Source: an uncultured Actinomyces sp.
GTDB taxonomy: Bacteria; Actinomycetota; Actinomycetes; Actinomycetales; Actinomycetaceae
Direction of reading: 5' to 3'
Assembly (NCBI GenBank): GCA_963551745.1
Contig: CAUVIG010000001.1
Span: forward strand, 1 to 40,220
DNA length: 40,220 nt
Shown in pieces: positions 9,151 to 18,659 of this stretch (position 1 is the first letter of the stretch; each line of letters starts with the position of its first letter). Made by a program: the position numbers and the translations under genes. The notes under the pieces are model-generated. The model was not told the origin of the DNA. It searched no databases and was given only the letters and a program-made list of their open reading frames with translations.

Positions 9151-10620
9151 CTACTCGTGCAGGTGGGGGCCGGTATGCGGCCCCTCGCCCGTGCCCCCGT
9201 CGCCGAGGACTCCGCGCGACGCGCGGCGCAGCAGGAAATGGCGGTTTGCGAAGGCCGCGCCCACGATGAACACGATCCAAATCAGTGAATAGATGAGGCC
9301 GGGGCGAGTGTCGTCCCACATCGCCAGGATGACGCCCATGCAGCCCATGAACGCCAGGACGATCCAGGCGCTGATCGCGCCGCCGGGAGCCTTGAACGCG
9401 GAGGCCGCGTGCAGGTCGGGGCGCTTGCGCAGGTACACCAGGTAGGACACGACAATGACGACCCACACGCCCATGAACAGGGTGGCCGACACGGAGGTCA
9501 CCAGCGTGAAGGCCCCGGAGATCGAGCCGCCCATCCCCATGATGACGATGCCCGACAGGAGGCACACGCACGACAGGAACAGGGCGTTGAGTGGCACGTG
9601 ATGGCCGGAGAGGCGAGCGAAGATACCGGGCGCCTGCTCCTGGCGGGCCAGGCCGTAAAGCATGCGCGACGTGGAGTAGATGCCCGAGTTCGCGCTTGAG
9701 GCGGCCGAGGTGAGAACCACCAGGTTGACGATCGTCGCCGCGGCACCCAGGCCGGTCAGCGAGAACATCGTGACAAAGGGCGACTTCTCGGGGCTCACCT
9801 GGTCCCAGGGGGTCACCATCATGATGGCCGCGAGCGCCGCCACATAAAAAAGCATAATGCGAACGGGGATGGAGTTGACAGCCTTGGGCAAGGTGTTGTC
9901 CGGGTCGTCGGTCTCGGCGACGGTCGTGCCGACCATCTCGATGCCGATGAACGCGAAGAGGGCGATCTGGAAGCCGCCCAGGAATCCGGTGAAGCCGGTC
10001 GGGAAGAAGCCGCCGTGGCTCCACAGGTTCGAGACCGCGGCTGCGGTGCCCTCCTCGTCAACCGTGCCCATGGCGACCATGCCGAAGCCGACGATGACCA
10101 GGGCGATGATCGCGATGATCTTGATGAGCGCGAACCAGAACTCCGTCTCGCCGAAGGCCTTGACCGTCATCGCGTTGAGAGCGAAGAGCAGCAGGGTCGT
10201 CGCGCCGATAGGGATCCACGCGGGCAGGTCGGGCCACCAGAAGTGCGTGTAGCCGGTGATCGCGATCATGTCGGCAACGCCTGTGACGACCCAGCACGCC
10301 CAGTAGGTCCAGCCCGTCACGAAGCCGGCCCACGGGCCGATGAGGTCGCGGGCAATGTCCGCGAAGGTCGCGTACTTGTGGTCGGAGAGCAGCAGCTCAC
10401 CGAGGGTACGCATGAACAGGAACAGGACCGCGCCGATGATCATGTAGACCAGCAGGATCGAGGGCCCGGCGACGGAAATCGTCTTACCCGAACCCATGAA
10501 CAGGCCCGTACCGATCGCACCACCGATGGCGATCAGCTGAATGTGGCGGTTTTTCAGCGTTCGCTGAAGCTTGTCGCCACCCTGATGGGGCTCACCGTGT
10601 TCGACGTTCTCGACTGTCAT
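9151..10620 (-). CDS. cycA: APC-family amino acid permease (D-serine/D-alanine/glycine, CycA-like)
   Basis: LKNRHIQLIAIGGAIGTGLFMGSGKTI signature; RBS gaagga before ATG 10620. Confidence 0.85.
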   Translation of the reverse strand: MTVENVEHGEPHQGGDKLQRTLKNRHIQLIAIGGAIGTGLFMGSGKTISVAGPSILLVYMIIGAVLFLFMRTLGELLLSDHKYATFADIARDLIGPWAGFVTGWTYWACWVVTGVADMIAITGYTHFWWPDLPAWIPIGATTLLLFALNAMTVKAFGETEFWFALIKIIAIIALVIVGFGMVAMGTVDEEGTAAAVSNLWSHGGFFPTGFTGFLGGFQIALFAFIGIEMVGTTVAETDDPDNTLPKAVNSIPVRIMLFYVAALAAIMMVTPWDQVSPEKSPFVTMFSLTGLGAAATIVNLVVLTSAASSANSGIYSTSRMLYGLARQEQAPGIFARLSGHHVPLNALFLSCVCLLSGIVIMGMGGSISGAFTLVTSVSATLFMGVWVVIVVSYLVYLRKRPDLHAASAFKAPGGAISAWIVLAFMGCMGVILAMWDDTRPGLIYSLIWIVFIVGAAFANRHFLLRRASRGVLGDGGTGEGPHTGPHLHE

Positions 10621-10767
10621 CGTTGTTCCTTCCGCCAGCTCCCATCCCAGGAGCGCTTTGCGCGGCCTTTGCGCGCTCGCATGGCGCGCTTGACTATCCA
10701 ACGCTACCGCACGGGTACACTCATGACCGAATCCAGAGCTACGCATGGCAGAGGCGGAGCATTCAAG

Positions 10768-10786
10768 TTAGGTTAGCCTTATGATG
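10768..10786 (+). promoter_or_regulatory. DtxR/IdeR-like iron box
   Basis: TTAGGTTAGCCTTAtgatg matches the first 14 of 19 positions of TWAGGTWAGSCTWACCTWA and overlaps the DUF2218 start codon. Confidence 0.65.
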
Positions 10787-11251
10787 CAGAATTCGACGCC
10801 TTCGACGGGCGAGACCGCCACCCCCTCAACTGCCGAGGCCTCGTACCCCCTGATCTCCGTGGCCACCGTTCCCACCGAGCGGGCTGCGCGCTACGGCAAG
10901 CAGCTCGTCAGCCACATGGCACACAAGATCACGGGCGCCTGGCACGAGGAGGCGGGCAACGGATACCTGCTGTTCGACCGCGAGGGTCCGGTCCTGGGGC
11001 GTTTCGACGTTGTCGCGTCGCCGTCCGATCTGCTGCTCGAGCTGCGCACGGAGCCCGAGCGCGCCGATCGCCTCGAATTCATCGTCGGCATTCACCTCGC
11101 GCGCTTCGGCGCGCGCGACAGCCTCGCCATTTCATGGGAGCGCACCGACGGCAGCGAAGGTTCAACGCAGGGCCCCCTCACCCCCGAAGAGGTCGAGGAG
11201 CGCGCCCGCGCCAAGAAGGCGGCGCGCGAGGCGGCGCAGGCGGCGCACTAG
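10781..11251 (+). CDS. DUF2218 domain protein
   Basis: T.RAARYGKQLVSHM.HK and HLARFG....L.ISW motifs. Confidence 0.85.
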   Translation: MMQNSTPSTGETATPSTAEASYPLISVATVPTERAARYGKQLVSHMAHKITGAWHEEAGNGYLLFDREGPVLGRFDVVASPSDLLLELRTEPERADRLEFIVGIHLARFGARDSLAISWERTDGSEGSTQGPLTPEEVEERARAKKAAREAAQAAH

Positions 11252-11317
11252 AGCGCAGCACTCACGGCGGAGTAGGCCGGGCACTCAGCTCACCACCCGT
11301 GAACAACACCGCTAACA

Positions 11318-11344
11318 AACCCCCGCAGCCATCAAGCGGGGGTT
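11318..11344. terminator. Hairpin between convergent genes
   Basis: AACCCCCGC ... GCGGGGGTT 9-bp stem. Confidence 0.6.
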
Positions 11345-11366
11345 GTCATTCAGCTCATTGCAGCGT

Positions 11367-11846
11367 TCAGCGACCCTCGAGGTAGCTCTTCGCGGCCAGC
11401 AGGACCTGCTCCCACATGCCGATCGCGTCCTCATACGCCTGGCGGGCCTCGGCCTCGTCGTCGGAGACCGACGCCAGACCCGACTCCTCCACGTGGATTG
11501 CGACGCCGCCGCGCTCCTCGGACAGGGAGACCTCGACGCGGGTCGCGTACTCATCCGGCAGCTCGTCGTCAGCCAGCGGGTACCAGCGGAAGGCGACGAC
11601 GTCCATCGGATCCTCGTCGGCCTTCTCGATCAGCCAGTCGCCGGCATCCGGGTCGCTCACGCGATAGATACCGTCATCCCCGAGCGTCACCTCGTGGTCA
11701 CCCAGCGGGCCGTCGTTGACCCACCAGCCCGGCTCCGACACGAGCGCCCACGCGGCCTCAATGTCGCAGTCCACGACCGCGTCGGTCTCGACGCGATCCA
11801 GGTCGTCCTCAACGTCGGCGTCAGAAGTCATGTCAAAGAAGCTCAT
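11367..11846 (-). CDS. SRPBCC/AHSA1-like domain protein
   Basis: AWALVSEPGWW, VAFRW, TRVEVSL, VEESG, W...L pattern; likely start ATG 11846. Confidence 0.8.
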   Translation of the reverse strand: MSFFDMTSDADVEDDLDRVETDAVVDCDIEAAWALVSEPGWWVNDGPLGDHEVTLGDDGIYRVSDPDAGDWLIEKADEDPMDVVAFRWYPLADDELPDEYATRVEVSLSEERGGVAIHVEESGLASVSDDEAEARQAYEDAIGMWEQVLLAAKSYLEGR

Positions 11847-11921
11847 ATACCAACGGTACCGGGTCGAGCGCTCCCAGGCACGCGAATGGACACCCAAACG
11901 GGCGCCCATCTCCGCACGCAT

Positions 11922-11978
11922 ACGACGAGGCCGTGGCCGGCCCCGCGGGTAAGCGAGAGTCGGCCACGGCCTCGTCGT
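11922..11978. repeat. 18-bp perfect inverted repeat (REP-like or terminator)
   Basis: ACGACGAGGCCGTGGCCG (11922-11939) / CGGCCACGGCCTCGTCGT (11961-11978). Confidence 0.8.
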
Positions 11979-11989
11979 GTCAAAAAGCC

Positions 11990-12637
11990 TCAGGCGAGAC
12001 GCGTGATGCGGTAGCGCCAATCCACGGGGCCGACCTCGAGGGTCTCCACGCGGTAGTGCTGCTCGGAGTCCTGCAGGTGCGCGAACAGCGGCTCGGGCTG
12101 GTGAGGCGCGCAGATCTGGATGTTCTCGCCGACGGGCAGGTTATCGACCGCCGCGAAGAGGACCGCGTGACGCACGACGCGGGGGATCGAGTGGATGACC
12201 AGCTCGTCCGCGCCGGGGCGGTGGATGACGCCGGCACCGCCGGCGTGGACGTTGCCCGCCGAGGGGGCGCCGTCGCCACAGCCGCAGCCACCGGCCGTAG
12301 AGGCGATGGGCTCGGCGGCCATCTCATGGGGACGCTCGGCGGGGGCCTCGTGACCACCGCAGCCGCAGCCAGCGTGCTCGGCGGGGGCCTCGTGACCACC
12401 GCAGCCGCAGCCAGCGTGCTCGGCGGGGGCCTCGGAGACCTGGGCAGCGTGGCCGTGGCCATGTCCGCCACCGTGTCCGCCGCAGCCGCAGCCGCCCTGC
12501 TCGGCGGGGGCCTGCGCGGGAGCGGCCTGCTCGGCGCGCGCCTTCTCACCCTCGCCACCGCAGCCACAACCGCAGCTGCCGTCTGTGGAGGGGACGGTGT
12601 TGGCGTCGACCAGCTTGAACATCTGACGGTCAGTCAT
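11990..12637 (-). CDS. DUF2249 domain protein with Cys/His-rich N-terminal repeats
   Basis: C-terminal IP...RHA.LF.A...L..G.....APHQPEPL motif; five CGCG motifs. Confidence 0.8.
   Translation of the reverse strand: MTDRQMFKLVDANTVPSTDGSCGCGCGGEGEKARAEQAAPAQAPAEQGGCGCGGHGGGHGHGHAAQVSEAPAEHAGCGCGGHEAPAEHAGCGCGGHEAPAERPHEMAAEPIASTAGGCGCGDGAPSAGNVHAGGAGVIHRPGADELVIHSIPRVVRHAVLFAAVDNLPVGENIQICAPHQPEPLFAHLQDSEQHYRVETLEVGPVDWRYRITRLA
12335..12434. repeat. 42-bp coding tandem repeat (EAPAEHAGCGCGGH)
   Basis: About 2.4 copies visible in DNA and protein. Confidence 0.9.
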
Positions 12638-12719
12638 GTCTTTTCCTTATCTTTCGACCCGCAGGGCCATTTCGGTAATCCTCATCCAGTGTAGGCGCGC
12701 CTCAGCCACGCCCGCGCGT

Positions 12720-13175
12720 TCACTGAATGAGGAACTCGGCCTCGACCTCGACGCTGACGTTGAGGGGCAGAGCGGTGACGCCCACGGCGCTGCGCGCGTG
12801 CTGGCTGCCGAAGATCTCGCCGAACAGCTCGGAGGCGCCGTTGATGACGCCGGCCTGGCCGTAGAAGTCGGGACGCGAGGACACGAAGCCCACAACCTTC
12901 ACGACGCCCGCGAGGTTGTCGATGCCGCCCGCGACGGAGGCCGCCGCAGCCAGGGCGTTGAGGGCGCACACGCGCGCCGCATCCTTGGCGTCCTCGGGGT
13001 CCGCGCCGTCCTCGCCGACCGCGCCGATGCACACGGGCTCGCCGTCCACGACGGGAATCTGGCCGGAGGTGCGCACCACGCCGCGGTCGATGACGGCCGG
13101 CACGTAGGCGGCGACGGGAGTGGCGACGGCGGGCAATTCGATACCGAGTTCGGCGAGCTTCTCGGAGGGGAGCAT
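12720..13175 (-). CDS. RidA/YjgF family protein
   Basis: YVPAV, SGQIP, VVKVVGFV, NGASEL, HARSAVG, LPLNVSVEVE motifs. Confidence 0.92.
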   Translation of the reverse strand: MLPSEKLAELGIELPAVATPVAAYVPAVIDRGVVRTSGQIPVVDGEPVCIGAVGEDGADPEDAKDAARVCALNALAAAASVAGGIDNLAGVVKVVGFVSSRPDFYGQAGVINGASELFGEIFGSQHARSAVGVTALPLNVSVEVEAEFLIQ

Positions 13176-13324
13176 GAGGGGTCCTTTCGTTCCTTATCGA
13201 CGAGGCCGGAGCCTCGTCCTCTGGGTCCAGTCTAGTTGCGCTGATCCCGGGGGTGGCGAGTGACGGCGTGACCATGAGATCCCGGCCCAGGCCTCGTCGA
13301 TGAGGACTGAGCGCGGTCATAAGC

Positions 13325-13360
13325 GTGCGCCCCGCGTGTCGACAATCACGCGGGGCGCAC
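13325..13360 (-). terminator. 14-bp stem hairpin downstream of the Cthe_2159-like gene
   Basis: GTGCGCCCCGCGTG ... CACGCGGGGCGCAC. Confidence 0.7.
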
Positions 13361-13373
13361 TATTCAGGAAGCT

Positions 13374-15275
13374 TCAGCCCTGGGGTGCGGCCGGGGGCTG
13401 ACCGCCCTGACCTGGGCCGCCCGCCGGGGGCTGGCCACCCTGTCCCGGGCCGCCCGCCGGGGGCTGGCCACCCATTCCGCCGCCCTGGCCGGCGGTCACC
13501 TCAGTGGATGTGCCGTCGACGCTCACCGTGTAGGTGGAGCCGTTGGTCATGCCGGAGGTCGAGTAGATGACGTTTCCGAAGGCCTTGGGCGAGGTGTAGG
13601 TGTCCAGGACGGAGCCGGAGGAGTCCGTGATCGTCACGGTCGACCCGGCGGAGCCGGTCACCGCAGCGGAGATCCAGCCCTGGCCGTCGGTCGTGGTCGG
13701 CGTCTCCACCATCTCGTCCGTGGCGAAGGCGATGACCGTGCCGCCCGTGATGCTCATGGTGCCGTTGGCATCCAGGGCGCCGTTCGCGCCGGATGCGGGG
13801 CCGTAGACGGTCGTTGTGCCGCCGCTGATGGTCAGCGAGCCGTTGGAGTCGAGGCCGTCGCCATTCGCGTTGACGGTCACGGTGCCTCCGGTGATTGTGA
13901 GCTGCTCGCCGGTGTCCTCCATCGAGCCGCCGCCGTCAGCCATGCCACCGGGGCCCATCTGCTGGGTGGTGGTCGTGATGGTGTCGGCAGTGGTCGTATC
14001 GGAGCTGGACTCGGCGACGGCGGCCAGGCCGGCCTCGACAGTGATCGAACCCGAGGCGTTGATGCCGTCGTCGCTCGAGGTCAGGTCGACGGTGCCGTCG
14101 GAGATCGTGATGAGGCCACCCTCGAGGGCCTCGTTCGACTGCGTGACGGTCACGTTCGCGCCGTCCAGGACGGCCGCGACCTCGGTGTGCACGCCATCGT
14201 CGCCGGAGGCGGCGGTGATCATGCCGGAGCTCAGGCGCAGCGCGCCGTTGGAGTGAATGGCGTCATCCCCGGAGTCCACGTCAATGGTGCCTCCATCGAC
14301 GATGACGTACGTTGACGCCTTGATGCCCTTGGTTGAGCCCGTGGAGGGCTTGCCGGCCGAGGCACCGCCGCCCGAGGTAATCGACAGGGTGCCGCCGGTG
14401 ACGATCGCGTCGGTATACGCGTCGATGCCGTCGCCGCCCGAGGTCAGGGTGACGGTGCCGTCCACGATGGACACGTAGCCCTTGGTGTCGTCGTTGTCCT
14501 GGTCGGACTTGAGAGCGTCGCCGCCGGAGTTCACGGTGACGGTGCCGCCCGCAATCGTCAGGGAATCCTTGCCGCGCAGGCCGTCATCCGAGGCCGTGGC
14601 GTTGATCGTGCCGCTCAGGACGTAGAGGTCGTCCTTGGAGGTGATCGCATCCGAGGCTCCGGAGGTCACGTTGAGCGTGCCCGCCCCCGTGATCGTCAGG
14701 TCCATGTCGGCGTAGATGGCCGCGTTCACGTCCTCCGTGCCGCTGTAGGTGCCGGCGGTGATCGTCGAGGTGCCCTCAAGGGACAGGACGAGGTCGTCAC
14801 CGCTGGTCGCTTCGATCGCGGCGCCCGTGGAGGAGGTGATGGTCACGTTGTCGAGAATCAGGATGACCCTGTCCTCAGTTCCGGCGGCCACGACGACCTT
14901 GCCGGTGAAGGATCCGCCGAGCTTGTAGACGCCGGCCTTGGAGATGGTCAGCACGCCGTCGCTCACGGACACGGCGTCGGACGAGGAGCTCGCGGTCGCG
15001 GCGCTGAGCGTCACGTCGACGGCGTCCGAGGCCTTCCAGTCGCTGTCCTCCACGTGGGAGGCCTTCGCGTTCGAGGCCAGGGCGTCGGCCGCGGTGGGCG
15101 GCGCGGCCGTGTCGCCGTTGGTTCCGGAGGCGGCGACGGTCGCGGTAGCCGTGGTGGAGGCGGAGCCGGAGGAGGCCGTTCCCGAGGCACTGCACGCGCT
15201 CAGGGCCAGGGTTCCGACGAGGGCGATCGCGCCGATCGTCCGGGCGGGGGTCCAGATTGTCTGAAGGGCTTTCAT
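13374..15275 (-). CDS. Lipoprotein with carbohydrate-binding beta-helix (DUF4353/Cthe_2159 family)
   Basis: Lipobox LSAC; repeated I.GGT.TV.S.GDGI/D units; C-terminal GQGGQPPAGGP repeats. Confidence 0.85.
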   Translation of the reverse strand: MKALQTIWTPARTIGAIALVGTLALSACSASGTASSGSASTTATATVAASGTNGDTAAPPTAADALASNAKASHVEDSDWKASDAVDVTLSAATASSSSDAVSVSDGVLTISKAGVYKLGGSFTGKVVVAAGTEDRVILILDNVTITSSTGAAIEATSGDDLVLSLEGTSTITAGTYSGTEDVNAAIYADMDLTITGAGTLNVTSGASDAITSKDDLYVLSGTINATASDDGLRGKDSLTIAGGTVTVNSGGDALKSDQDNDDTKGYVSIVDGTVTLTSGGDGIDAYTDAIVTGGTLSITSGGGASAGKPSTGSTKGIKASTYVIVDGGTIDVDSGDDAIHSNGALRLSSGMITAASGDDGVHTEVAAVLDGANVTVTQSNEALEGGLITISDGTVDLTSSDDGINASGSITVEAGLAAVAESSSDTTTADTITTTTQQMGPGGMADGGGSMEDTGEQLTITGGTVTVNANGDGLDSNGSLTISGGTTTVYGPASGANGALDANGTMSITGGTVIAFATDEMVETPTTTDGQGWISAAVTGSAGSTVTITDSSGSVLDTYTSPKAFGNVIYSTSGMTNGSTYTVSVDGTSTEVTAGQGGGMGGQPPAGGPGQGGQPPAGGPGQGGQPPAAPQG

Positions 15276-15372
15276 GTGTATGTCTCTTTCGTGTGCTTAA
15301 GGCTTGTGTTTCTTATGGTTTGCACTTGCGCGTCGTTTTCTATCGCTCGCTCAGGCGCCGTTACGAGGTCTG

Positions 15373-16194
15373 TCAGGCCGCCATCGCAAGGGGCGCATCG
15401 TGCGTGTGCTCGGGGGCCTCCACGTATTCGTGAAAGTAACGGCCGAGCGTGCGATGCCACTTGTTCGCTGGCAGGTGGTGCATGGCCGCCATCGCGGTCC
15501 CGTACTTGGAGATTGTCACGGGTCGCACTCCGCCCTCCCACAGGAGGTGGTCGACGATCGAAGGGGTCGCGCCCGACTTCGTTTCGATGATGACCAGGTC
15601 AGGTCGAGCGACCTCAGTGCCGTCCGTGCGCAGCGAGCGCCACGTCAGCTTCGTGTCTACGGTCGCGCGCCCCTCGCCACCAGGCAGGAGCAGAGTGTTT
15701 CGCTCGTACGATCCGTTCAGCACCGGCTCAAGGGCAGGCACCAGGTGACCGTACCCCGTCTTCTCGACCTTCCCGGCCACCCACGTGCGGCGCTCGCCCG
15801 CGAGAGGAGCCCCGGCCTCGTCCCAAGAGATCGGCATACGCTTCTTGACGGTCACGCCGCGCGGGCCGCGGGTCTTCACCTCCAGGAAGGCCTCGCCCGA
15901 CGAGAGGTAGGAGCGGGTGCGGACCTTAAAGCGACGGCGGCGCTTGAGCGCAGTCAGCAGGTACGAATCCATGTCGGGGGTGTCGTAGTAGGTGGAGGCG
16001 TAGCCCTGGGACACCTGGCCGTCGACGTGCAGGACCAACGTGCCCTCAGGGAGGTGGCTCAGAATCGCCGAGGCCGTGGCCGCGTCCAGCGCGTACTTGC
16101 GGTCCACTCGGGTCAGCATCGCCGCGCGCTTATTCAGTTCATCGAGGCCGATCGAGTCGAGGTCGGCGAGAATCGAGTTCAGGGTGGCGTTCAT
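15373..16194 (-). CDS. VTC (polyphosphate polymerase-like, CYTH/TTM) domain protein
   Basis: RVDRKY, YYDT, RFKVRTRSY, FLEVKTR, R.T.D, IIETKS, SKY motifs. Confidence 0.9.
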   Translation of the reverse strand: MNATLNSILADLDSIGLDELNKRAAMLTRVDRKYALDAATASAILSHLPEGTLVLHVDGQVSQGYASTYYDTPDMDSYLLTALKRRRRFKVRTRSYLSSGEAFLEVKTRGPRGVTVKKRMPISWDEAGAPLAGERRTWVAGKVEKTGYGHLVPALEPVLNGSYERNTLLLPGGEGRATVDTKLTWRSLRTDGTEVARPDLVIIETKSGATPSIVDHLLWEGGVRPVTISKYGTAMAAMHHLPANKWHRTLGRYFHEYVEAPEHTHDAPLAMAA

Positions 16195-16277
16195 GAGTCA
16201 TGTCCTTCGTAGAGGTTGGCTGCTGGGTGGCGGTGTCTGCTGGCGGGTCGGCGAGGCCGGCGTTTCAGGTCGGCGGG

Positions 16278-16820
16278 TCAGGCGACCTTCGAGCGCACGT
16301 CCACGAGAGTCAGGTCGTTCACGAGGTCGAGCTTGACGACGCTGACCGAGGCGACGGACGCGCCGAGGCGCTGCTCGAGGGTTGCCCTCAGCTCGGTTGG
16401 GTCAGCGATCGCACGGTCCAGCTGGACGGTCTGCGAGGTGTAGCGGCCGAAGACCAGCTTCGAATCACCGAAGGACAGGGCCACGAGGATCAGGACGATC
16501 AGTCCTCCCAGCAACGGAGTCACCGCCGAGGACATGCCCGTCAGCAGGCCGAGGGCCAGCGAGGCGAAGTAGTAGGCGATTTCCGTCTGCGAGATCTGAT
16601 CCGAACGCAGCCGGATGATCGAGAGAACACCGAAGAGGCCGAGGCCGAGGCCCGCACTCACGGTCGAGTTCGCGAGGATCATCGTGACAGCGAGGACGCC
16701 GACATTCACACCGAGGAAGGCTGCGACCAGGTCAGCGCGGCGGTGTCGTGGGAAGTACAGGCCGAACACGAGCGCGGCCATGGCAACCAGGTCAATGGCG
16801 ATCAGAATCAGGGCGGTCAT
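16278..16820 (-). CDS. DUF4956 membrane protein
   Basis: GLGLGLFGVLSIIRLRS...EIAYYF signature; RBS aaggag before ATG 16820. Confidence 0.9.
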   Translation of the reverse strand: MTALILIAIDLVAMAALVFGLYFPRHRRADLVAAFLGVNVGVLAVTMILANSTVSAGLGLGLFGVLSIIRLRSDQISQTEIAYYFASLALGLLTGMSSAVTPLLGGLIVLILVALSFGDSKLVFGRYTSQTVQLDRAIADPTELRATLEQRLGASVASVSVVKLDLVNDLTLVDVRSKVA

Positions 16821-16861
16821 TGGTGTCTCCTTTTGTCGATGCACCAATTTCCCCACGCGAC

Positions 16862-16881
16862 CCTATGAAGAACCTATGAAG
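16862..16881 (-). promoter_or_regulatory. 11-bp-period direct repeat (CCTATGAAG x2), candidate OmpR/PhoB-family site
   Basis: Copies at 16862-16870 and 16873-16881, about 40 bp upstream of the DUF4956 start. Confidence 0.4.
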
Positions 16882-16989
16882 CTCTCATATTTCCCATATG
16901 ACTTTTCGGCGTGCTGCTGTGAAGCTGTGAATACTGGCGTTTGTGTGGGCACTTTTCGTTGGACTTCTGCGGTTTTGGTTGCTGTGTGG

Positions 16990-17178
16990 CGCCGCTGGTG
17001 TTCCGGGCGTTGCATGTGCTTTGTCGGGCCGGGCTGCTGTGTGTGCCCGTGGGCGGCGGCCCTCCCAATTGATGGTGTTGCTTGTGGCCCCACGGGTGTT
17101 CCGGGCGCCGTACGTGCTGTCCCGTGGGCCGGGCTGCTCGGTGTGCCCGTGGGCGGCGGCCCGCCCGCGAGCCGTCCG
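16990..17178. repeat. ~100-bp degenerate tandem duplication / REP-like arm
   Basis: GGGCCGGGCTGCTnnGTGTGCCCGTGGGCGGCGGCCC at 17026-17062 and 17126-17162; GGTGTTCCGGGCG at 16997 and 17095. Confidence 0.8.
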
Positions 17179-17186
17179 CGCCACGA

Positions 17187-18617
17187 GGGCGTGTTTAATT
17201 GTCTGTGTATCCGTCTTTTTGTTTGAAAGGATTGATGCATGATGAATGATGATGATGTTGTTGTGGCTCGCGCTAGTGGGCGTGAGGCTGTGGAGGACCT
17301 GCGTCGCTCGGGGGCGTTGGATGCGTTGTTTGAGCGTCTTGATGCTGGCGAGGTCGAGATGACGGGCAGCGAGGGCTTGTTGCCGGCGTTGCTTAAGGAG
17401 GCGTTGGAGCGCGGGTTGGCCGCGGAGCTGACCCAGCACTTGGGGTATGAGAAGGGCCAGACCAGTGGGCAGGCGCGCTCGAACACGAGGAACGGCACGA
17501 CGAAGAAGACCGTGATGTCGGAGGTGGGGGCCTTCGAGATCGAGGTTCCCCGGGATCGGGCGGGCTCGTTCACCCCGCGCCTGGTACGCAAAGGACAGCG
17601 GCGTCTCGATGGCTTGGATTCGATGATTATCAGCTTGTATGCCGGGGGGATGACGGTGCGCGATATCCGCCATCACCTGGCTTCGACCATCGGCGTACAG
17701 GTCAGTGCCGGGGCGATTTCCACGATCACTGACGCGGTGTGCGACGCTGTCTTGGAGTGGCAGCACCGCCCCCTAGAAGCGTTCTACCCGGTGATCTACC
17801 TGGACGCGATCCGCATCAAAATCCGAAGCGATCACACGGTGGAGAACCGGGCCGCTCACCTGGCGGTCGGAGTGGACATGGAGGGCGTTAAGCATGTGTT
17901 GGGTATCTGGGTCCAAGCCGATGAAGGCGCGGCTTTTTGGGCCCACGTGTGCGCCGAGCTGGCCAACCGGGGCGTGCGCGATGTCCTGATCGTGTGCTGC
18001 GACGGGTTGACTGGCCTGCCCGAAGCCATTGAAGCGACCTGGCCCCAGTCTATGGTCCAAACCTGCGTCGTTCACTTAATCCGCGCGTCCATGCGTTTCG
18101 TGTCCTACAAGGACCGCAAGAGCGTCGCCGCCGCTCTGAAGCGGGTGTACAGCGCGCCCAATGAGGAAACCGCCCGAGAGGCGCTAGAGGATTTCGCGGC
18201 CAGTGACCTGGGAGCGCGCTACCCCCAAACCGCCCTGACCTGGCAGCGCGCCTGGCAGCGTTTCACGCCGTTCTTGGCGTTCCCGCCCATGTTGCGCCGC
18301 GTCGTGTACACCACCAACGCTATCGAGTCCTTGAACTACCAGCTGCGTAAAATCACCAAGAACCGCGGGCATTTCCCCAGCGAAGAAGCCGCCGTCAAAC
18401 TCTTATGGCTCGCCATCTGCGACATCGAAGACAAACGAGCCGCCCAGCGCCTCACAGACGCAGGAAAACCCGCCAACAAACGAACAGCCCCCACACGCCT
18501 CATCCAAGGACACACCACCACCAACTGGAAACAAGCCCTCGCGGGGCTCACCACCGCCTACCCCGACCGAATCACCCCCTACCTCTAACCCCCATACACA
18601 GAAAAATTGACAGGCTC
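17187..18617 (+). mobile_element. IS256-family insertion sequence (1431 bp)
   Basis: 24-bp imperfect terminal IRs (GGGCGTGTTTAATTGTCTGTGTAT vs GAGCCTGTCAATTTTTCTGTGTAT, 18/24); 8-bp target duplication CGCCACGA at 17179-17186 and 18618-18625. Confidence 0.95.
17239..18588 (+). CDS. IS256-family (Mutator) DDE transposase
   Basis: NTRNG, VPRDR.GSF.P, YLDA, CCDGL.GL, QTCVVHL.R, YTTNAIESLN motifs. Confidence 0.97.
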   Translation: MMNDDDVVVARASGREAVEDLRRSGALDALFERLDAGEVEMTGSEGLLPALLKEALERGLAAELTQHLGYEKGQTSGQARSNTRNGTTKKTVMSEVGAFEIEVPRDRAGSFTPRLVRKGQRRLDGLDSMIISLYAGGMTVRDIRHHLASTIGVQVSAGAISTITDAVCDAVLEWQHRPLEAFYPVIYLDAIRIKIRSDHTVENRAAHLAVGVDMEGVKHVLGIWVQADEGAAFWAHVCAELANRGVRDVLIVCCDGLTGLPEAIEATWPQSMVQTCVVHLIRASMRFVSYKDRKSVAAALKRVYSAPNEETAREALEDFAASDLGARYPQTALTWQRAWQRFTPFLAFPPMLRRVVYTTNAIESLNYQLRKITKNRGHFPSEEAAVKLLWLAICDIEDKRAAQRLTDAGKPANKRTAPTRLIQGHTTTNWKQALAGLTTAYPDRITPYL

Positions 18618-18659
18618 CGCCACGAGCTTCGCTCGGCGCGTCGCCTCGAAGCCCGGCCA

